Shown in pieces: positions 27,589 through 36,282 of a stretch of DNA of 64,000 nucleotides. Below the pieces are notes generated by a model, which saw nothing but the letters and a program-made list of their open reading frames with translations, was not told where the DNA came from and made no database searches. Positions within the stretch are counted from its first letter, which is position 1; each line of letters starts with the position of its first letter. The position numbers and the translations under genes are program-made. The stretch comes from Oscillospiraceae bacterium (GTDB lineage Bacteria > Bacillota > Clostridia > Oscillospirales > Oscillospiraceae): positions 20,418-84,417 of the forward strand of contig JAFPFL010000007.1 in the NCBI GenBank assembly GCA_017425545.1. Direction: 5' to 3'.

Positions 27589-27633
27589 GTATAAGACTGG
27601 CGTGCTGCTTTTTGCAGCACGCCAGTCTTATAC
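27589..27633. repeat. 20-bp perfect stem hairpin
   Basis: GTATAAGACTGGCGTGCTGC-TTTTT-GCAGCACGCCAGTCTTATAC, 6 nt beyond the ricT-like stop. No U-tract after it on either strand. Confidence 0.85.
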
Positions 27634-27638
27634 GATAA

Positions 27639-29255
27639 TCAGCCCTGCTTCGGCTTGCGGTTGTGGTAATATCTGCGCCGGTTGGCGTTCTTGCTGTGGC
27701 TCTCCGCGGCGGTACGCTCTGCGGCGTCGCGCTTCGGCCGCTGGTCGCGGTTCGGCTTCGGCTCGCGGTTCGGTTTCTGGTCGCGGCCGGGCTTCTGGTC
27801 CCGGTTCAGCTTCTGGTCGCCAACGATCGGCTTTGCGGCCGGCAGGACCGGCTTTTGCGCCTGCTGCGCGCTCTTCGCGCCATCGGGATTCCTGCCCTTT
27901 CCGCCGCGGTGGTCGGAGTGGCGCCTGCGGTTCTGGCCGCCGCGCCTGGACGGCTTCTGGCCCTCCTGGGTCTCCGCCGGACGGGCCTCGGCCGTCTCCT
28001 GCTTCGCGGGCGTCCGCGGCGTGCGGCCGCGGTCAGCGTGGCGTTTGCCAGACGCCTCGCTCGAATGTGCAGGCTGGCGCTCGTCTGCCGGCTGCGCCGG
28101 GAGCTCGGCTTCCGGCTCTGGAATTGCCTCGAGCTCGGCTTCCTCCGCCTCAAGCACCAGACGCTGCTCCACGCGGGAGATCCGCGCCATCGGGTCCTTG
28201 CTGCCGGAGATCGGCGCCAGGTCGTCCGGGATCTGCGGGTCGTTCTTCCGCGCCTTCCCGTTCCGCAGCACGAGGATCTCGCTGTTTTTGAAGCTGTGGA
28301 TCTCGTCGGGGTCCTTCTCCATGCGGACGCTCACGGACTGATGCATCAGATCCACGGCGGTCACGGTCCCGCGCCCCTCCGGAGTGTCGACAAAGGATTC
28401 CGGCTTGGGGCTGGATTTGATCAGATCCTCGTAGGCCTCCTGCTCATATTTCAGGCAGCACATCAGCCGTCCGCATGTGCCGGAGATCTTCGTGGGGTTC
28501 AGGCTCAGATTCTGCGTCTTCGCCATCTTGATCGACACCGGCTCAAAGTCGCCCAGGAAGCTCGAGCAGCAGAAGGGTCTGCCGCAGATGCCGAGGCCGC
28601 CGAACATCCGCGCCTTGTCGCGGACGCCGATCTGCCGCAGCTCGATGCGGGTGTGATAGGCGGAGGCCAGGATCTTGACCAGCTCGCGGAAGTCCACGCG
28701 CTCGTCTGCGGTGAAGAAGAAGAGCAGCTTGCTGCCGTCAAAGGCGCACTCAGCCGAAGCCAGCTGCATATCCAGGCCGAGCTCGGCGACCTTCTTCTGG
28801 CAGAAGGCGAAGGCGGCCTTTTCCTTGCGGACGTTCTCCTCGTAGGTGCGCTCGTCGGCCGGCGTCGCGATCCGGATCACGCGGCGCAGGGGCTGGATGA
28901 TCTCGCGGGAGAGAATGCGGTGGTTGCCGATGACGCAGGTTCCGTATTCCACGCCGCGCGCGGTGTCGATAATGACGTGATCGCCGGTCTTCAGCTTCAG
29001 CTCGCCGGGATCGAAAAAGTAGAGCTTGCTTCCGGTGCGGAACTGTACGTCGCACACGAGCGTGCGCGCCGGCTCCGCCTGCGCGTCGGCCTCGTCCGCA
29101 GACGCCGGGATCCCGGCTTCCGCAGGCGCGGAAATCTCCCGCGCCGTCTCTTCGGCCGCCTCAGCCGTCTCTTCGGCCGCCTCAGCCGCCTCGGGCGTAT
29201 GCTCCGGCGCCTCGACCGGGTTCAGCTCCGGATTCCATTGGGTTTCGTGTTCCAT
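27639..29255 (-). CDS. ricT: PSP1-domain protein RicT/YaaT homologue with long disordered N- and C-terminal extensions
   Basis: Track ORF trimmed to MEHETQWN (GGAG RBS). Core matches YaaT (RIELRQIGVRD, GRPFCCSSFLGDFEPVSIKMAKTQNLSLNPTKISGTCGRLMCCLKYE). Roughly 190-aa basic Pro/Lys/Arg/Gln tail. Confidence 0.88.
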   Translation of the reverse strand: MEHETQWNPELNPVEAPEHTPEAAEAAEETAEAAEETAREISAPAEAGIPASADEADAQAEPARTLVCDVQFRTGSKLYFFDPGELKLKTGDHVIIDTARGVEYGTCVIGNHRILSREIIQPLRRVIRIATPADERTYEENVRKEKAAFAFCQKKVAELGLDMQLASAECAFDGSKLLFFFTADERVDFRELVKILASAYHTRIELRQIGVRDKARMFGGLGICGRPFCCSSFLGDFEPVSIKMAKTQNLSLNPTKISGTCGRLMCCLKYEQEAYEDLIKSSPKPESFVDTPEGRGTVTAVDLMHQSVSVRMEKDPDEIHSFKNSEILVLRNGKARKNDPQIPDDLAPISGSKDPMARISRVEQRLVLEAEEAELEAIPEPEAELPAQPADERQPAHSSEASGKRHADRGRTPRTPAKQETAEARPAETQEGQKPSRRGGQNRRRHSDHRGGKGRNPDGAKSAQQAQKPVLPAAKPIVGDQKLNRDQKPGRDQKPNREPKPNRDQRPKRDAAERTAAESHSKNANRRRYYHNRKPKQG

Positions 29256-29287
29256 AATATCTCCAATCCTGTGTTTCCGTATTTTCG

Positions 29288-30241
29288 TCAGGAATTCAGT
29301 TCCGCCTGCAGGGCCCCGCAGATGGCGCCGACGCCGACGTTGCCCAGGGCGAGCGTCCGCGCGTTCTGCACCCTGCGGACAGCCGCCAGCAGCTCCCGCA
29401 GGGTGCGGCTGCGGCCCAGCGCGGAAGCCTCGGCGGAGCCGTCCGGCAGACCGGCACGGACGCGGATCGCATCGGAGAGCAGCTCGATCCACTCGTCCAG
29501 GATCGGGACCAGCTGGTCGCGCTTGAGCCGCTCCATGCCGACCAGCAGGGCGGTCATGCGCAGGCGGTCGCGTGCGGCAAAGGCTTCAGAGAAGGCTTTC
29601 GCCTGTGCGGAGAGGCTCTGCTCGGCGCGCAGCAGCGCGGCGGCCTGGCCGTAATAGCCTGCCGCGCGCTCCCAGGCGTCGTGCAGCTCCTCGCGGCGCT
29701 TGCCGGGGAAGGCGGCTGCCAGAGCGGGCAGGCATTCCGCCTCCTCAAGCGGCGACATCCGCAGGCAGACGCAGCGCGAGCGGATCGTCGGCAGCAGCTT
29801 TTCCGGGTTGTCGCTGAGCAGGAGGAAGGCGCCGTATTCCGGCGGCTCCTCCAGCACCTTGAGCAGGGCGTTCTGGGCGTTTGCGTTCATGTCGTTCGCG
29901 CGCGGGATCAGATAGACCTTGCGCCGCCCCTCGTTCGGGAGGACGTAGAGGTCGGACCGCGCCTGCCGCACGAGATCGACGCTGACGGTTTTCTTCTCCG
30001 GCTCGTCCACGGTGATGACGTCCGGGTGTACGTTGTCAAAGACCTTCCGGCACTGCAGGCAGACGCCGCAGGGGCGGCTGCTCCCCGCCGTGCACTGCAT
30101 CGCAGCCGCGAGGATCCGCGCGAGCACGTGCTTTCCGCTGCCCGCCGGGCCGGAGATCAGGTAGCTGTGGGAGATGCGATCCGCCGCGAACGCCGCGGCC
30201 AGAGACGCCTTGAGCGCTTCGTTTCCGAGCAGCCGGTCCAT
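29288..30241 (-). CDS. holB: DNA polymerase III subunit delta' (HolB)
   Basis: Track ORF trimmed to MDRLLGNEALK (GGAGGTGGGAG upstream). Motifs SHSYLISGPAGSGK and CGVCLQC. Conserved holB-ricT order. Confidence 0.88.
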   Translation of the reverse strand: MDRLLGNEALKASLAAAFAADRISHSYLISGPAGSGKHVLARILAAAMQCTAGSSRPCGVCLQCRKVFDNVHPDVITVDEPEKKTVSVDLVRQARSDLYVLPNEGRRKVYLIPRANDMNANAQNALLKVLEEPPEYGAFLLLSDNPEKLLPTIRSRCVCLRMSPLEEAECLPALAAAFPGKRREELHDAWERAAGYYGQAAALLRAEQSLSAQAKAFSEAFAARDRLRMTALLVGMERLKRDQLVPILDEWIELLSDAIRVRAGLPDGSAEASALGRSRTLRELLAAVRRVQNARTLALGNVGVGAICGALQAELNS

Positions 30242-30419
30242 GCTCCCACCTCCATCTGTTTCCTGAATAATCATCATACCACAAAAGTTGCAAATTGAAA
30301 AGAGTTTTTTTCCGACCCGTCGGAAAAGAGCGCGAAAAAGTGAACGGAAGCGCGATTTCCCCATTGCCTTTTTTCAACGGATGATGTAAAATATAAGCAA
30401 AAGAAAGGGGAGGTGCGCC

Positions 30420-31337
30420 ATGGAAAAGCATTATATTGCCGTCGTCGGCGGCGTGAACGTGGATATCTGCGGCCGATCCTTTGAGACGCTGATCCCGCGG
30501 GATTCCAACCCCGGTTCGGTCCGGATATCCATGGGCGGCGTGGGACGGAACATCGCCCACAATCTCAGCCTGCTCGGCGAGAAGGTCTACCTGCTCACCG
30601 CGCTTGCGGACGACTACTACGGCGCGCGGCTCCGCGAGGACTGCGCGGCCAACGGCATCGACCTGCGCTATGCCTGCAGCGTGCCGGACGGCAGAACGTC
30701 CACCTACGTCTACCTGACCGGGCCGGACGGCGACATGGCGCTCGCGGTCTGCGACGGCGAGATCGCCAAGTACGTCACGGTCGGCTACCTTGAGGACCGT
30801 CTGGACGTCCTCAACGGCGCGGCAGCCGTCGTGATGGACACGAACATTCCCGAGGACTCGATCGTCTGGCTGGCGGAGCACTGCACCGCGCCGATCTTCG
30901 CCGATCCCGTCTCCGTCACCAAGGCCAGAAAGCTGCGCCCGGTCCTGGACAAGCTCTTTGCGATCAAGCCCAACCGCATCGAGGCCGAGGCTCTGATCGG
31001 GGAGAAGGTCACCGACGAGGCCGGCGCCGCGCGCGCGGCGGAGGCGATGCTGACGGCCGGCGTCCGTCAGGTCTACCTGTCTCTCGGCGCACTGGGCCTG
31101 TACTGCGCGTCGGCGGACGAGCGCCTGCTCGTTCCCTGCCCGCGCGTGGAGCCGGTCAACGACACCGGCGGGGGAGACGCCCTGACCGCCGGCCTGGTCC
31201 GCGCCGCGACCGCCGGGCTCAACGTGAAGGACAGCGCGAGCCTCGCCCTTGCCTGCGCCGCAATCGCCATCGAGGGCGTCGACACGATCAACCCGCGGCT
31301 GAATCTGGCCTCCGCACTGCAGCGCGCCGGTCTGTGA
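30420..31337 (+). CDS. psuK: PfkB-family carbohydrate kinase, probable pseudouridine kinase
   Basis: PfkB motifs GGVGRNIA and DTGGGDA. Immediately upstream of psuG. Confidence 0.75.
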   Translation: MEKHYIAVVGGVNVDICGRSFETLIPRDSNPGSVRISMGGVGRNIAHNLSLLGEKVYLLTALADDYYGARLREDCAANGIDLRYACSVPDGRTSTYVYLTGPDGDMALAVCDGEIAKYVTVGYLEDRLDVLNGAAAVVMDTNIPEDSIVWLAEHCTAPIFADPVSVTKARKLRPVLDKLFAIKPNRIEAEALIGEKVTDEAGAARAAEAMLTAGVRQVYLSLGALGLYCASADERLLVPCPRVEPVNDTGGGDALTAGLVRAATAGLNVKDSASLALACAAIAIEGVDTINPRLNLASALQRAGL

Positions 31338-31374
31338 GACGCCCACCCCGTCAATCAAATCTGGAGGAAATCAC

Positions 31375-32295
31375 ATGAATCTCAACTGCTATCTGGACGT
31401 CAATCCGGAGGTCGCCGCGGCCGTCGCCGCCGGCAAGCCGGTCGTCGCCCTGGAATCCACGATCATTTCCCACGGCATGCCCTATCCGCAGAACGTCGAG
31501 ACCGCGCTGAACGTCGAGCAGATCATCCGCGACAACGGCGCCGTGCCCGCGACCATCGCCATCCTCGGCGGCAGGCTCAAGGCCGGCCTGACCCATGACG
31601 AGATCGAGTACCTCGGCAAGGCCGGGCAGAACGTTGCCAAGGCCAGCCGCCGCGACCTGCCCGTGCTGGTCGCCAAGGGTATGGACGGCGCCACGACTGT
31701 CACCACCACGATGATGATCGCCCACATGGCCGGCATCTCGATCTTTGCCACCGGCGGCATCGGCGGCGTCCACCGCGGCGCGGAGAAGACCATGGACGTC
31801 TCCGCCGACCTCGAGGAGCTTGCCAATACGCCCGTCATGGTCGTCTGCGCCGGCGCCAAGGCCATTCTCGATCTCGGCCTGACGCTGGAATACCTCGAGA
31901 CCCACGGCGTCCCCGTCATCGGTTTCGGCACCAAGGAGCTGCCCGCCTTCTACACCCGCAGAAGCGGCTTCGCGGTCGACTATGAGATCGACACGCCCGA
32001 GGAGCTCGCGAAGACCTTCAAGGTCCAGCGCGACCTGGGGCTCCGGGGCGGCATTCTGGTCACGAACCCGATCCCCGAGGAATACTCGATGGACCATGAG
32101 GTCATCAACAAGGCCATCGACGAGGCGGTTGCCGAGTCGGTCCGCCTGGGCATCCACGGTAAGGCCGTCACGCCCTATCTGCTGGCCAAGGTCAAGGAGC
32201 TGACCGGCGGCGACAGCCTGGACAGCAACATCCACCTGGTCTACAACAACGCAGCTCTGGCCGCGAAGACCGCCGCAGCCTACTGCAGGCTGTAA
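31375..32295 (+). CDS. psuG: Pseudouridine-5'-phosphate glycosidase
   Basis: VALESTIISHGMPYPQN, TGGIGGVHRG; IndA/PsuG family. Confidence 0.9.
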   Translation: MNLNCYLDVNPEVAAAVAAGKPVVALESTIISHGMPYPQNVETALNVEQIIRDNGAVPATIAILGGRLKAGLTHDEIEYLGKAGQNVAKASRRDLPVLVAKGMDGATTVTTTMMIAHMAGISIFATGGIGGVHRGAEKTMDVSADLEELANTPVMVVCAGAKAILDLGLTLEYLETHGVPVIGFGTKELPAFYTRRSGFAVDYEIDTPEELAKTFKVQRDLGLRGGILVTNPIPEEYSMDHEVINKAIDEAVAESVRLGIHGKAVTPYLLAKVKELTGGDSLDSNIHLVYNNAALAAKTAAAYCRL

Positions 32296-32325
32296 CCGTT
32301 CACGGGAAGCAGACAGGAGAAAGAT

Positions 32326-32877
32326 ATGCTGATCGAAACGCCGCGGCTCTTCCTCCGCGAGGTACAGATGGAGGACGAAGCCTCGCTCTACCGATACTGC
32401 AATCCCGAGCCGGTGCGCCGCTACCTGCTGATGGACGACCTGAGCCCGGCGCAATGGCACGAATACTGCGTTCAGATGACGCAGAGCGGCCGGGACTATG
32501 CCCTCGTCCTTCGCGAGACCGGGGAGGCCATCGGCAAGCTGAATCTGCAGGACGACGACATCCGCTTCGACGTCAACTCCATCGGCATGGCCTACGAGAT
32601 CGGTCAGCCCTTCATGCGCAGGGGCCTGATGACCGAGGCCATCCGCGGCTTTCTGCCCTATCTGTTCCAGACCCTGGGCTATGATTGCCTGACGGTCCGC
32701 GTCCTTGCGCCGAACGTTGCCTCCCGCAGGCTGATGGAAGCCCTCGGCTTCACGCAGGAGGCCTACCTCCGCCGCGCCGTCCATGCCTTCCGCACCACGG
32801 GCGAGATCTACGACGACGTGATCTTCTCCCTCCAGCGCGAGGACTGGGAAGCTGCCCGCGGCGCGGGCAGGCTGTAG
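32326..32877 (+). CDS. GNAT-family N-acetyltransferase (RimJ/RimL-like)
   Basis: ETPRLFLRE N-terminus and a GNAT core region. Confidence 0.8.
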   Translation: MLIETPRLFLREVQMEDEASLYRYCNPEPVRRYLLMDDLSPAQWHEYCVQMTQSGRDYALVLRETGEAIGKLNLQDDDIRFDVNSIGMAYEIGQPFMRRGLMTEAIRGFLPYLFQTLGYDCLTVRVLAPNVASRRLMEALGFTQEAYLRRAVHAFRTTGEIYDDVIFSLQREDWEAARGAGRL

Positions 32878-32931
32878 CAGATCCCCCGCGCCAGACCGCC
32901 CTGCCAGCTGCGCGGGCAGCGGCGATCCGCA

Positions 32932-32973
32932 ACGAAAAACGAAAAGACCCGCTGCCGATCCGGCAGCGGGTCT
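32932..32973 (-). terminator. Terminator of the S9 peptidase gene (usable in both directions)
   Basis: AGACCCGCTGCCG-ATC-CGGCAGCGGGTCT, followed on the minus strand by UUUUCGUUUUUCG. On the plus strand a U-rich stretch follows. Confidence 0.8.
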
Positions 32974-33004
32974 TCTGTCTGTTCCGGGGTTGCCTGGCGG
33001 TGGA

Positions 33005-34996
33005 TCACGCCTTCGCGTGCCGCTCGAACCAGCCCGTGATCTCCTGGAGCCTGCGCAGGCGGTGCTTCGGCTTGCCGGAACGGGAGAGCTCGTGGTTTTC
33101 GCCGTGGAACAGGCACAGCCGCGCCTCCACGCCGCGGTCCACCAGGGCTGCGTACATCTGGATGCCCTGCTCGAGCGGGCAGCGGTAGTCCTCGTCGGAG
33201 TGGATGAACAGCGTCGGGGTCTTGACGTTCTTCGCGTACTTGAGCGGGGAGAGGTCCCACAGCTTTTCCACGTCGTCGTAGATGTTCCCGCCGCACTGGT
33301 CGGCGGCGAAGTAAAAGCCGATGTCCGACACGCCGTAGAAGCTGATCCAGTTGGAGATGGACCGCTGGGAAGCCGCGCAGCAGAAGCGGTCGGTGTGGCC
33401 GATGATCCAGTTGGTCATGAAGCCGCCGTAGCTGCCGCCGGTCTCGCACAGGCGCGTCCGGTCGATCTGCGGGTAAGCCGCCAGCACCGCGTCGGTGAAG
33501 TCCATCAGGTTGACATAATCTGTGTCTCCGTAGTGTCCGCGGATGTCGGCAAACTCGTTCGTTCCGCCGTCGCTGCCCTTGGGGTTGCAGAAGAAGACGA
33601 AGTAGCCCAGCGAGGCCCAGACCTGCATCTCGTGGTAGAAGACCGGGCCGTAAACGGTCTTGGGGCCGCCGTGGACGTCGAGAATGCCGGGGTAGGTCTT
33701 TTCCGGGTCGAAGTCCTTCGGCTTGAGTACCCAGCCTTCAATCTTGCAGCCGCGGCTCTCCACGGTCAGTCGCTCCGGCTGGGCAACATAGCGGTCCTCG
33801 AGGGCGGCGTCGTTGAAGTGGGAAACGCGCCGCAGCTCCCCGGTCACGGGGTAGAACTCGTAGAGCTCCTGGGGCCGCATCCCGAACAGGCCGATGAAGA
33901 GGAAGAGATCTCCGTCGCGGTCGAAGCAGTCCACGGCTCCCTCGCGTTCAAAGACGGGCTCGTCCGAGCCGTCCGTGCCGAGCCGGTAGAGGGCGGCGTT
34001 CCCGCCGCGGGTCGTCAGATGGTAGAGGCAGTCGTCCCCGGCCACGGCCTGGCGGCCGCCGCCCAGGCGGCAGTCGCTGCCGACGGAGTTGTACAGGCTG
34101 TATTCCTCGGCCCGGAGCAGGGTGAAGGCGCCGGTCTTCGGATCGACGCGGTAGACCTGCGCGTTCTCGTTGAGCCCGTGGCGGCTGCAGTCGGTCGTCA
34201 TCATCAACAGAGTATCGCCGAAGACTTCCAGCTCGCCCGGCTGCAGATCCTTCTGCGCGCCCAGCACGCGACGCTCGCCGGTCTTCCAGTTGACGGCCCT
34301 GAGCTCGAAGCCCGCCAACGGCAGCTTCGCCTCCCAGCGGGAGACGGCATAGACGATCTCGTCGCCGAGGACGGCGAAGGAACCCAGATCCTCCGGCGGC
34401 GCCAGCAAATGCTTCACCGAGAAGGGCACCGAGGTCACCAGATACAGGCTGCCGCGCGTGCCGTTCGTCACGCCCCGGCCGTTGCCCCAGAAGGGCAGCT
34501 CGTCAAAGACCTCGTAGTCCTTGTCCTCGTCGCGCTCGGTGCGCACCTGCTTTTTCCCGTCCTCGTCCGCGCAGTAGAGATCCGGGTGCGTCTTGTCGAC
34601 CTGTCCGGTCACGACGAAGTGCGTCAGATCCAGCACGCGGATCCCGCCGGCCGCGAAGGGGAGGGTCAGGAAGGGCATGGCCTCGCCGCCGTTGACGTCG
34701 AGCACGTAATAGGCGGTGAATTCCTCCCCGGCCTCGGCGCGCTTCTTCTCCTTCGCCGAGCGGACGGCGGGGAAGATCAGGCGTCTGTCGTCGAGCCAGG
34801 CAAAGCCGCCCTCTTTTCCGAGGTCGGTCATCTGGCGGAGGCTGTGGTCCTCATAGAGCCAGAGCCTGCGTTCGTAGCAGTTCTCCTCCCCGTTCGCGTT
34901 GGCGACGACGAAGGCGGCGCGCTTCCCGCCCGGCGCGAACCGAAGCGCGGAGAGGAAGCGGTATTGCAGCAGATCCGTTTGAGTAATCGGTTTCAT
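33005..34996 (-). CDS. S9-family serine peptidase (prolyl oligopeptidase / acylaminoacyl-peptidase type)
   Basis: N-terminal beta-propeller-like region. Catalytic GGSYGG motif, and DEDYRCP and GENH near the C-terminus. Confidence 0.88.
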   Translation of the reverse strand: MKPITQTDLLQYRFLSALRFAPGGKRAAFVVANANGEENCYERRLWLYEDHSLRQMTDLGKEGGFAWLDDRRLIFPAVRSAKEKKRAEAGEEFTAYYVLDVNGGEAMPFLTLPFAAGGIRVLDLTHFVVTGQVDKTHPDLYCADEDGKKQVRTERDEDKDYEVFDELPFWGNGRGVTNGTRGSLYLVTSVPFSVKHLLAPPEDLGSFAVLGDEIVYAVSRWEAKLPLAGFELRAVNWKTGERRVLGAQKDLQPGELEVFGDTLLMMTTDCSRHGLNENAQVYRVDPKTGAFTLLRAEEYSLYNSVGSDCRLGGGRQAVAGDDCLYHLTTRGGNAALYRLGTDGSDEPVFEREGAVDCFDRDGDLFLFIGLFGMRPQELYEFYPVTGELRRVSHFNDAALEDRYVAQPERLTVESRGCKIEGWVLKPKDFDPEKTYPGILDVHGGPKTVYGPVFYHEMQVWASLGYFVFFCNPKGSDGGTNEFADIRGHYGDTDYVNLMDFTDAVLAAYPQIDRTRLCETGGSYGGFMTNWIIGHTDRFCCAASQRSISNWISFYGVSDIGFYFAADQCGGNIYDDVEKLWDLSPLKYAKNVKTPTLFIHSDEDYRCPLEQGIQMYAALVDRGVEARLCLFHGENHELSRSGKPKHRLRRLQEITGWFERHAKA

Positions 34997-35018
34997 CTCG
35001 CTCGCCTCCGATCCGCGG

Positions 35019-36059
35019 TCAGAATCCGAGGTATCCGATCAGAGTCTTCAGCGTGGCCTCCACGCCGTCCTTGTGGCTGCGCTCGTAGCCGTGGGAGGCG
35101 TAGACACCCGGGCCGATCAGACCGTGGCGGATGTCCCAGCCGGCGCGCAGGGTGGCCTCGACGTCCGAGCCGTAGTAGGGGTAGACGTCCACCTTGTAGT
35201 CGGCGCCGGTCTTCTTCGCGGCGGCGATCAGCTTGGTCACGACCTCGTAGCTGTACGGGCCGCCGCTGTCCTTGGCGCAGATCGAGACCTGGCGCTCGGT
35301 GCACTGCAGGCCGTCGCCCACGCAGCCCATGTCCACGGAGATGGACTCGGTCACGCCGGCGGGCACGGAGCCGGAGCCGCCGTGGCCGACCTCTTCGAAG
35401 ATCGTAAAGTGCAGATAGACGCGGCGCTCGGGCACGATGCCGTTGTCCTTCAGATACTTGGCCAGACCCACCAGAATGCCGGCCGAGAGCTTGTCGTCGA
35501 GGAAGCGGCTCTTGATGTAGCCCTTTTCGGTGACGCGGGTGCGAGGATCGAGACAGATGATGTCGCCCACCTCGATGCCGAGCTTCCGCGTGTCGTCGGC
35601 GGAGGAGACGAGCTCGTCGAGCACGACCTCCAGATTGTCGTAGTCGGGGACGGTGGAGCGCAGGTTGTTGTTGACGTGGGTGGAGGCGTTGCAGAGCTGG
35701 ATCGTGCCCTCGTAGACGCCGCTTTCCTTCGTGTGGATGCGGACGTTCTCGGTGTTTGCCATCACGGCGGGCAGACCGCCGAGCGAGGTCATGCGCAGCC
35801 GGCCGGAGCCCTTGACCTCAGCGACCATCGCGCCGAGGGTGTCGATGTGGGCCTGCAGCAGGATGCCGTCGTCCTTGTTTTTGCCGCCGAGATCGACGAG
35901 GATGCCGCCCTTGACGGTCTTCTCAGGCGCGCAGCCGATTTCGGTCAGTTCCTTCATCAGCACGTCCTGCGCCGCGAAGGGGAAGCCGGTGGGGCTTTCC
36001 GCGCCGAGCAGGCGGACGGTCTGGGAGACGGAGAATTCCGTGTATTGTTTCAGATCCAT
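35019..36059 (-). CDS. M42-family metallopeptidase (glutamyl aminopeptidase/FrvX-like)
   Basis: AHIDTLG, FLDDKLS and EEVGHGG are motifs typical of M42. Confidence 0.82.
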   Translation of the reverse strand: MDLKQYTEFSVSQTVRLLGAESPTGFPFAAQDVLMKELTEIGCAPEKTVKGGILVDLGGKNKDDGILLQAHIDTLGAMVAEVKGSGRLRMTSLGGLPAVMANTENVRIHTKESGVYEGTIQLCNASTHVNNNLRSTVPDYDNLEVVLDELVSSADDTRKLGIEVGDIICLDPRTRVTEKGYIKSRFLDDKLSAGILVGLAKYLKDNGIVPERRVYLHFTIFEEVGHGGSGSVPAGVTESISVDMGCVGDGLQCTERQVSICAKDSGGPYSYEVVTKLIAAAKKTGADYKVDVYPYYGSDVEATLRAGWDIRHGLIGPGVYASHGYERSHKDGVEATLKTLIGYLGF

Positions 36060-36282
36060 GGTTGGTTTCGACTCCTTTTTTCACAAGATGGTTATAGTAT
36101 AGCATATTGCGCCTGGTTTGGCAATTGCAGAAACGCGGACGCCGCGCGGAAAAGGCGGCTGGACGGGAATAATCTGAAAAACCGGAGCGGGGGATTGCAT
36201 TCTCGGAGAAATAAGGGTATAATGATATATGGGTAATTATACAACGCGAATGAAACAAGACAGACAACGGAGGAATCCGAGA

